From assembly GCA_963772095.1 (NCBI GenBank), contig CAVYVU010000017.1, positions 162,201 to 226,200 on the forward strand: DNA of 64,000 bases, written 5' to 3'. The position numbers and the translations under genes are program-made. This DNA comes from an uncultured Thermoleophilia bacterium (GTDB lineage Bacteria > Actinomycetota > Thermoleophilia > RBG-16-64-13). Positions within the stretch are counted from its first letter, which is position 1; each line of letters starts with the position of its first letter. Under the pieces are notes generated by a model. That model was not told the origin of the DNA, made no database searches, and saw only the letters and a list, made by a program, of their open reading frames with translations. Below, piece after piece: positions 58,895-64,000 of the stretch.

Positions 58895-59698
58895 TTACGA
58901 GGCCATTCCCAGACCGGCGCAGATTTCCACGAGTGCATCCTTGAGGTGGGTGTAGTCTCCCGCGAAGATCGGTTGGCACTGGTGGGCCGGCCGTTGGCCC
59001 TGCCATACCCGAGCCGCAAACGCCATGCAGGTCGACTCGCCACAAAGGCCGCAGTTGGTGCGCGGCAGGCGTTTGAGAATTTCCAAGACAGGCGGGCGTT
59101 TGCGCATCTCGTAGCAAGGCTCGATCTCTGTGCGCCGCGCCCAAACCGCGTTCACCTGGCGGCGGATGGCTTCCAGAGTCCGCCAGGCGTCCACCAGTTC
59201 ATCGGCCTTGGCGACCGTGATCCGCCTCTGGTAAAGAGAGATCATGCGGTAGGCATCCATGAACGTGAGGGTGGGCCCATTTCGGTCATACGAGGTGCTG
59301 TGCATCTCCGCGTTCAAATAGGGAAAGACCTCGGTCAGGTCTCCGCTGATGTGAGCGATGAGGCGTATCTTCGTTGGGTCGGCCACGCACGGAGCGAGAA
59401 CCATGATGGCGGCCGTTCCGAACAGGTCTTCCGGAAACTCGGGCGGGGGGGCGCAGGGGATAGAGATAGCCGCCGGCCGGTAGTCCGCCCAGCCGGAGCA
59501 GACGAAGTCGCCGTCACGTGGAGCAAGCCGTAGGCGCGTCTCGGCGTCCATTGCCAAAGACGGCACACCGACCCGGGCAAATCCGGGATCGGGGGAGATG
59601 ATTTCGTAGTCCAGGTCCAGATCGTCAAGCGCACGCTTGGCCTTGTCGAACTCGCAGCGCTTAGGAAATGTGGTCAGAGTGCTGGCCAAAATGGTCAC
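58895..59698 (-). CDS. Uncharacterised protein with a C-terminal RnfB/CdhD-type Fe-S motif
   Basis: LPRTNCGLCGESTCMAFAARV matches the 'putative Fe-S cluster' domain motif (LPxTNCGxCGxxxC). The N-terminal 200 aa were not recognised. Confidence 0.65.
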   Translation of the reverse strand: MTILASTLTTFPKRCEFDKAKRALDDLDLDYEIISPDPGFARVGVPSLAMDAETRLRLAPRDGDFVCSGWADYRPAAISIPCAPPPEFPEDLFGTAAIMVLAPCVADPTKIRLIAHISGDLTEVFPYLNAEMHSTSYDRNGPTLTFMDAYRMISLYQRRITVAKADELVDAWRTLEAIRRQVNAVWARRTEIEPCYEMRKRPPVLEILKRLPRTNCGLCGESTCMAFAARVWQGQRPAHQCQPIFAGDYTHLKDALVEICAGLGMAS

Positions 59699-59754
59699 GC
59701 CCCTCTCGCGCTACAGAAGCATCCGATCGCTTAGAGCCGGATCTCCTTCGCAGG

Positions 59755-60018
59755 CTATTCCAGCCCGGCCTCTCTCAGGGCCCCGATCAGTCCTTCCTTG
59801 GTGGGGCAGACCCCCACGAAGCGCACCAGGTCCCCCACAATGATGGCGGGGGCAGAAGACAACTTGAGTTCCTCGTAGCGCGCGTCACGGCCCTGGTGAT
59901 AGACGACATTCATCTGATCCCCATATGTCTCGGCCACTCCATCAATGAGCCGTCTGACGGCCACCCCGCCCGAGCAGGCAGGGACGGAGAGGAACACTTC
60001 CACCTTTATCGGATCCAT
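59755..60018 (-). CDS. Thioredoxin_3-like small protein, monothiol variant (CSGG in place of CxxC)
   Basis: 87 aa; VEVFLSVPACSGG...SSAPAIIVGDLVRFVGVCPTKEGLIGAL. Co-linear with the two upstream paralogs. Confidence 0.6.
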   Translation of the reverse strand: MDPIKVEVFLSVPACSGGVAVRRLIDGVAETYGDQMNVVYHQGRDARYEELKLSSAPAIIVGDLVRFVGVCPTKEGLIGALREAGLE

Positions 60019-60281
60019 AGCCCGCCCTCCCGGAGCGCGTTGTTCATGGTGCCCTCATCCGGGGAGGTGCCCTCTATCTTGATGACGCCGTTGATGACGG
60101 CCGCCGGCACGCAGGACAGGTTGTACTCGTCATATTTCTCCAACGCGTCCAGGCCGACGTACTTCTTCACCACAAGCTCCTCCGCTGGATACTTCTCCGC
60201 ATAGCGGTCGGCCATGGCGAGAATGGCGACACAGCCGGGGCACGGGGGCTCTCCGCTGAACACTTCCATGAGTACAGGCAC
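60006..60281 (-). CDS. Thioredoxin_3-like small protein (CPGC)
   Basis: 91 aa; MEVFSGEPPCPGC...VPAAVINGVIKIEGTSPDEGTM. GTG start behind AGGAGA. Confidence 0.7.
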   Translation of the reverse strand: MPVLMEVFSGEPPCPGCVAILAMADRYAEKYPAEELVVKKYVGLDALEKYDEYNLSCVPAAVINGVIKIEGTSPDEGTMNNALREGGLWIR

Positions 60282-60282
60282 G

Positions 60283-60540
60283 TCAGTCTCCTAGCTCGGC
60301 TCGGAAGATCCTCTCGAATTCAGGCTCCTCTGCCACTCTGCCTTGAGCCACCAGCCTTCCGTTCACCACCACGGCGGGCGTGGCCATGAGTCCTAGTTGC
60401 AGCCCTTCGGAAGAGAGCGCCGAGAGCTTCTCCACGGTCACTTGGCCGGGGAATTTGGCCGCCGCCCTCTTCGCCGCTTCCTCCGTCTTCTTGCATTTCA
60501 CGCAAGGCGGCTCACTGCCGAACACCTTGACCTCGATCAA
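60283..60540 (-). CDS. Thioredoxin_3-like small protein (CVKC)
   Basis: About 86 aa; IEVKVFGSEPPCVKC...TPAVVVNGRLVAQGRVAEEPEF. TTG start behind GAAAGGTGG is proposed; the ORF is open to 60600. Confidence 0.7.
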   Translation of the reverse strand: MIEVKVFGSEPPCVKCKKTEEAAKRAAAKFPGQVTVEKLSALSSEGLQLGLMATPAVVVNGRLVAQGRVAEEPEFERIFRAELGD

Positions 60541-60553
60541 GACGTCCCACCTT

Positions 60554-60952
60554 TCATTTCGTCGTATTTGTGACCGCTGCGCAGCAGGACTCGCTCGCAT
60601 CTCCGCCCGGAGTGCGACCGGCAGCCTTGAGCGTTAACCACTCTTCTAGGCGGCCGCCCAATTCGCGCTTTCGGTCCTCGCCAATCGCTTTCGAGAGTGC
60701 GGCGAGAATCGTCGCCTGCTCCAGGGGCAGACTGCGTGAGATCCGATAGTGCATCCACAGGCCGTCCCGGCGATCCTCGACCAGTCCGGCGTGGTGAAGG
60801 TACCGCAAATGACGGGAAGCCTTAGATTGGGTGAGCTCGAGCGCCCCCACGAAGTCGCACACGCAAAGCTCCTCCCGCTCGAGAAGAAGAGTAATGATCT
60901 GCAGTCTCGTCTCGTCAGAAAGTGCCTTGAAGGTATCGGCCAGGTCTTCCAT
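60554..60952 (-). CDS. arsR: ArsR/SmtB family metalloregulator with an ELCVCD (As(III)-type) site
   Basis: FKALSDETRLQIITLLLEREELCVCDFVGALELTQSKASRHLRYLHHAGLV. There is an extra C-terminal CC pair. Confidence 0.85.
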   Translation of the reverse strand: MEDLADTFKALSDETRLQIITLLLEREELCVCDFVGALELTQSKASRHLRYLHHAGLVEDRRDGLWMHYRISRSLPLEQATILAALSKAIGEDRKRELGGRLEEWLTLKAAGRTPGGDASESCCAAVTNTTK

Positions 60953-61002
60953 GTGTCCCTCTGTGCTCTTGCGAGCGATCTGAAATCGCCTCTCAACCCC
61001 GA

Positions 61003-61031
61003 GTGTCTGCCAGTATAAGCGCCTACTCGGT
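61003..61031 (-). promoter_or_regulatory. Sigma70-like promoter for arsR (TTGGCT-17 nt-TATACT)
   Basis: Read on the minus strand about 45 nt upstream of the arsR ATG. An inverted repeat GCGAT-N5-ATCGC (about 60974-60988) lies between the -10 element and the start codon. Confidence 0.4.
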
Positions 61032-61136
61032 TGTAGCCAATGGAAGTAGTGCCACGCGCGCTCTTAAAGCTGCCTCCACCTGCTCCACTGAAGGGTAACC
61101 CTGCATGACGCCCGAACCGGGCACCCGGTACCGTCG

Positions 61137-62039
61137 TCACCCGGAGTTGATTGGAGGTGGCTCCGTCTCTAGGTCCACGCCGTCGATGGTGATGGTGGGA
61201 GAGCCACGCAGACCTACTTCCCGCGCCATCACGTCGCCAACCACCTCGACGATCTCCAAAGTGGCGTCGAGGCCCAGCGCTTCGACAGCCTCGCGAACAC
61301 CGACCTCAGCGGGTGGCGCATTGTCACACACTGATGTATGCAGGATCCTGATCACAGTCATTCGCATCTCCCTAAGGCTTGGGCTCCAAGGGCCCATGAG
61401 CCGGTGCGCGGCTTCTAGGGCCGCCCGCTCGATGACTTGCCGGCCGGCATCGACGCGCAGTTCCCGCAATGTCACCAGAAAGTCACGGTGCGTGCGACCT
61501 CCCCGGTACTCCGGCTCGCGCGTCGGCTGCCGGAGCACGGCATCAGCGAGATCGTAATCAAAGCCTACCAGGACGGTGCCGTGCAAGAGCACGGATTTCC
61601 AACGGCGGCACTGAGCATTACCGGATATCTTCCGATCTCCCACGACGACATCGGAGGTGCTCGCTGGGGCGCCTCGGATACCCAAGATGTCCAGTAGACT
61701 GCAGACGAGATCCGCCCCAAAGCCATAACTTGCCTTGAGTCCGGCCAGTGAGGGGCCGGGCACGACGAGCGTGTAGTTCAGAACGTCTTCGGTCTGCAGC
61801 ACGCTGCCACCGCCCGAGACCCGGGGGAGCACCTCGACCCCGAGCCGCGCACACTCATCGAGATACACCGTCTGCTCAGGCCGCTCGCTCGCCCCCAATA
61901 CTACGGCAGGCGGGCCGCCCCACCAGAAGCGCAGCGTGCGCTCACCGGATCGGCCGGCCGTGCGGGCCATCGCCTCGTCGATGTCAAGATTCTCTCGGAC
62001 GGTCGGCGCCGTCGCCCAGAAGACGGCTGTGTTGGTCAT
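61137..62039 (-). CDS. Lipoate/octanoate-protein ligase-like (BPL_LplA_LipB domain) with a C-terminal thioredoxin-fold-like tail
   Basis: RFWWGGPPAVVLG, RVSGGGSVLQ, GDRKISGNAQ (catalytic Lys) and LLHGTVL. Then in frame: MTVIRILHTSVCDNAP...LRGSPTITIDGVDLE. The ATG overlaps the upstream ORF's stop (ATGA). Confidence 0.75.
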   Translation of the reverse strand: MTNTAVFWATAPTVRENLDIDEAMARTAGRSGERTLRFWWGGPPAVVLGASERPEQTVYLDECARLGVEVLPRVSGGGSVLQTEDVLNYTLVVPGPSLAGLKASYGFGADLVCSLLDILGIRGAPASTSDVVVGDRKISGNAQCRRWKSVLLHGTVLVGFDYDLADAVLRQPTREPEYRGGRTHRDFLVTLRELRVDAGRQVIERAALEAAHRLMGPWSPSLREMRMTVIRILHTSVCDNAPPAEVGVREAVEALGLDATLEIVEVVGDVMAREVGLRGSPTITIDGVDLETEPPPINSG

Positions 62040-62230
62040 CCGGCCAGCAAGTCCCGATACGCCACCGGGACCGCCGCTTTGTAGCACGGCTCCTCTTCCG
62101 GCGCCACGTGATGGTGGATCTTCACCATTTCCGGCAACTCAGGAACGTTCTCGCCATCCGCGGCCAATCCAACTTCCGCGCACTGACTAAAGACAGGAGG
62201 AAGAGAGACCGGCGACATCCGCGTCCTCAC
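62036..62230 (-). CDS. Small ORF (up to 64 aa), or a frameshifted C-terminus of the upstream DGC protein
   Basis: It ends in an ATGA overlap with the ligase start and overlaps the 3' end of 62187..62762 in another frame. No family was recognised. Confidence 0.3.
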   Translation of the reverse strand: MRTRMSPVSLPPVFSQCAEVGLAADGENVPELPEMVKIHHHVAPEEEPCYKAAVPVAYRDLLAG

Positions 62231-62762
62231 CCTTCAGGTGGATCCTGCCGGAGAGAGGGCGCTGCCTGCAGGCGCATACCGCCTCAGCCTCCGGTTCGAC
62301 CGATTCGCTCGATGTCGTCTCGGTAATGGCTGCCTCGCTCATCGTCTGATTCATCACAACGTCGACCGCAGCCGCGATCCGTTCGGCGACCACCCCAACC
62401 GCCTCATTGTCCACCGCGCCTCGCGAGCGCGACGACCGACTGCACCCTAGGGTGGTCGTGCCCAAGATGTCCGACACGACCAGCGCGCCGGCCACCGGCC
62501 CCCCATGTTTCTCGGTTCCCCACTTGGCACACTGCTTCTCGCAGCCATCGATCGTGATCGTAGGGTGCGTGCGGGCGAAGTTGCGCTCGCCTTCATTGCC
62601 GGCAAGAAACAAGGGCAGGCACAGGGTCACGGTCACCTCGGAGCGTAGAGATTCAAGCACTCGGCGGGTGGCGAGACGCGATATAGTCCCCTCCGGGATC
62701 TCCTCGCCGCTGCAGGAGATGATGCCGACTTTGATAGTAGGCGTGCTGGTGGAATCGCTCAT
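62187..62762 (-). CDS. DGC-domain protein (putative Cys4 metal-binding) with a C-terminal extension
   Basis: KVGIISCSGEE...THPTITIDGCEKQCAKW. The start ATG overlaps the upstream stop (ATGA). Confidence 0.7.
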   Translation of the reverse strand: MSDSTSTPTIKVGIISCSGEEIPEGTISRLATRRVLESLRSEVTVTLCLPLFLAGNEGERNFARTHPTITIDGCEKQCAKWGTEKHGGPVAGALVVSDILGTTTLGCSRSSRSRGAVDNEAVGVVAERIAAAVDVVMNQTMSEAAITETTSSESVEPEAEAVCACRQRPLSGRIHLKGEDADVAGLSSSCL

Positions 62763-63217
62763 CGCCCCTTCTCCTTGCCGCTCCCCAGACGAGCCGCTTC
62801 GGCCACCACGGTTTCCGCGATTTCTCGGGCGATCACCCATCCGTCTTTGGTCAGAGTCGAGCCTGAACCTGGTTGCGCTCCGCGATGGTCCTTGAGCGCC
62901 GCCGCAACTTGCACAGCCTTCGCGACCGTTCCGCCCGCCAACGTCACGTTCTTTTGCGCGCAAGCCTTGCCGCAGCCGTCGATGGTTATGCAGCGGTGCG
63001 TTTGCACGTCCGCTACGGCTTCGGGATCGCCTTTCACGAGCAACGCCAAGCACAGTGTGTCGGTCTCCTTCGGCGCCAACTCGTCCGTCACCAGGTAGGT
63101 GGCCTCGCGGCTGAGGAGCCCATGCACCTTGCCGATCCCACTGCAGGGAATGATCAGCACCGGATTTTCACTTGCTCCGCGTTTCACTGTTCTACGTATT
63201 CCTTCATGTAATCGCAT
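62759..63217 (-). CDS. DGC-domain protein
   Basis: VLIIPCSGIGKVHG...THRCITIDGCGKACAQKN. Confidence 0.7.
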   Translation of the reverse strand: MRLHEGIRRTVKRGASENPVLIIPCSGIGKVHGLLSREATYLVTDELAPKETDTLCLALLVKGDPEAVADVQTHRCITIDGCGKACAQKNVTLAGGTVAKAVQVAAALKDHRGAQPGSGSTLTKDGWVIAREIAETVVAEAARLGSGKEKGR

Positions 63218-63239
63218 GTGGCCACCGCAACTCTTCGCT

Positions 63240-64000
63240 TCACTCTTCGGCCGCTTTGCGCTCGAGAGTCTCGGCGTAGGCGGGTCCGTCCAGGAGAAGT
63301 TCCCGGTCATTTTGCCAGTCGGAGAGTTCGATCTCGGCAAGCCAACCACGACCATAGGGGTCTTCGTTCGCCAGCTCCGGGATTTCTTCGACCGCTGGGT
63401 TCGTAGCCACGACGGTGCCGCTCACAGGCGACACGATTTCGAAGACGGCCTTAGTCGATTCCACCGAACCCAACTCGCCGAACTGCTCCACTACAGCGCC
63501 GGCCTGGGGCGGATCAAAATAGTTGATGTCGGTGAGGCGCTGCTGCATGTAGTCGGAGATGCCCACCCGCGCCCGGGCGTCGGCCACCCGGACCCAGACG
63601 TCGTTTTCGTTGAAAAGGTATTCGCTCTTCGGTATGCGGAACTCGAACTTGTCGTACACCACGGTCAGGAATTCCGCCGGCGCCTCCCAGTCCGCAGCCG
63701 TTTCCGCTGCGGCAGCCGGAGCGTTCAGCGAGGAGATGAGGCCATCGGCGATGGTCTGGACCAGCGCCATCTCATTCGGCCCCAGTCGAAGCGAATCCTC
63801 CAGGGACTGACCGGCAGCCTTAGCGACTTCCGAAACCAACACTTTGCGCTCGGGCTTCGCTCGCATCGTTGCCGCCAACTTGCTCGCGCAGCGCGTGGCG
63901 CAGCCGTCAACAACGACCAGCGCATTTTCGGCCAGGAGCTTCTTGTAGCGGACCGGTGTGCGGTTCAGAAGCACCGGGCAGACGATCTCGGCCCCGGTCT
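63240..64000 (-). CDS. DGC-domain :: GcvH-like lipoyl-carrier fusion (5' partial; continues beyond the window)
   Basis: The frame is open to the window edge (..GAEIVCPVLLNRTP..ALVVVDGCATRCASK). An Ala-rich linker follows, then VWVRV..RVGISDYMQQRLTDI..GSVESTKAVFEIVSPVSGTV..NEDPYGRGWL (H-protein pattern with the lipoyl-Lys position). Confidence 0.75.
   Translation of the reverse strand, partial: TGAEIVCPVLLNRTPVRYKKLLAENALVVVDGCATRCASKLAATMRAKPERKVLVSEVAKAAGQSLEDSLRLGPNEMALVQTIADGLISSLNAPAAAAETAADWEAPAEFLTVVYDKFEFRIPKSEYLFNENDVWVRVADARARVGISDYMQQRLTDINYFDPPQAGAVVEQFGELGSVESTKAVFEIVSPVSGTVVATNPAVEEIPELANEDPYGRGWLAEIELSDWQNDRELLLDGPAYAETLERKAAEE

Noticed and set aside
1-64000. CRISPR arrays, rRNA genes, IS elements/transposases
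   Set aside because: No regularly spaced direct repeats, rRNA-like conserved stretches or transposase/integrase-like ORFs were found on reading either strand.

Overview
High-GC (roughly 60-65% by eye) prokaryotic chromosomal window, densely coding on both strands. I cannot assign a taxon. The SLH-domain protein, tungsten-type aldehyde:ferredoxin oxidoreductase, rubrerythrin and many Fe-S/thioredoxin-fold genes suggest an anaerobic or microaerophilic lineage with an S-layer-type envelope. All family calls come from reading motifs in the supplied translations; no HMM or BLAST search was run.

Gene content, in order:
- Start of window: 3' part of feoB, an OYE/2,4-dienoyl-CoA-reductase-like flavoenzyme, an LDH/MDH-family dehydrogenase, TetR, and a FAD flavoprotein.
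- Small redox genes: flavodoxin-like NAD(P)H dehydrogenase, cyclase, rubrerythrin.
- tRNA-Lys(CTT).
- A catabolic block: MoaD-like, AOR, GlcDEF-like, SDR, GldA, class III aminotransferase.
- A lower-GC stretch at about 22.9-31.2 kb in which most genes are frame-disrupted.
- A complete, tightly coupled trpEGDCFBA operon.
- A CopC/CopD fusion.
- A pabB-pabC fusion preceded by a ~108-nt copy of the trpG 3' end.
- An ArsR/ferredoxin/zinc-ribbon/Fe-S locus.
- A COG2984-type ABC importer.
- UbiD.
- An ApbE flavinylation module.
- An SLH-Kelch surface protein.

The most unusual content is the minus-strand cluster at 58.9-64.0 kb, which runs off the window edge. It combines three DGC-domain proteins (one fused to a GcvH-like lipoyl carrier), an LplA-type ligase with a thioredoxin-fold tail, an ArsR with the ELCVCD site, three tandem Thioredoxin_3-like proteins and an Fe-S-motif protein. 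I do not recognise this combination as a described system.

No CRISPR array, rRNA, transposase or integrase was seen. Many long ORFs antisense to recognised genes are high-GC shadow ORFs and were not called.
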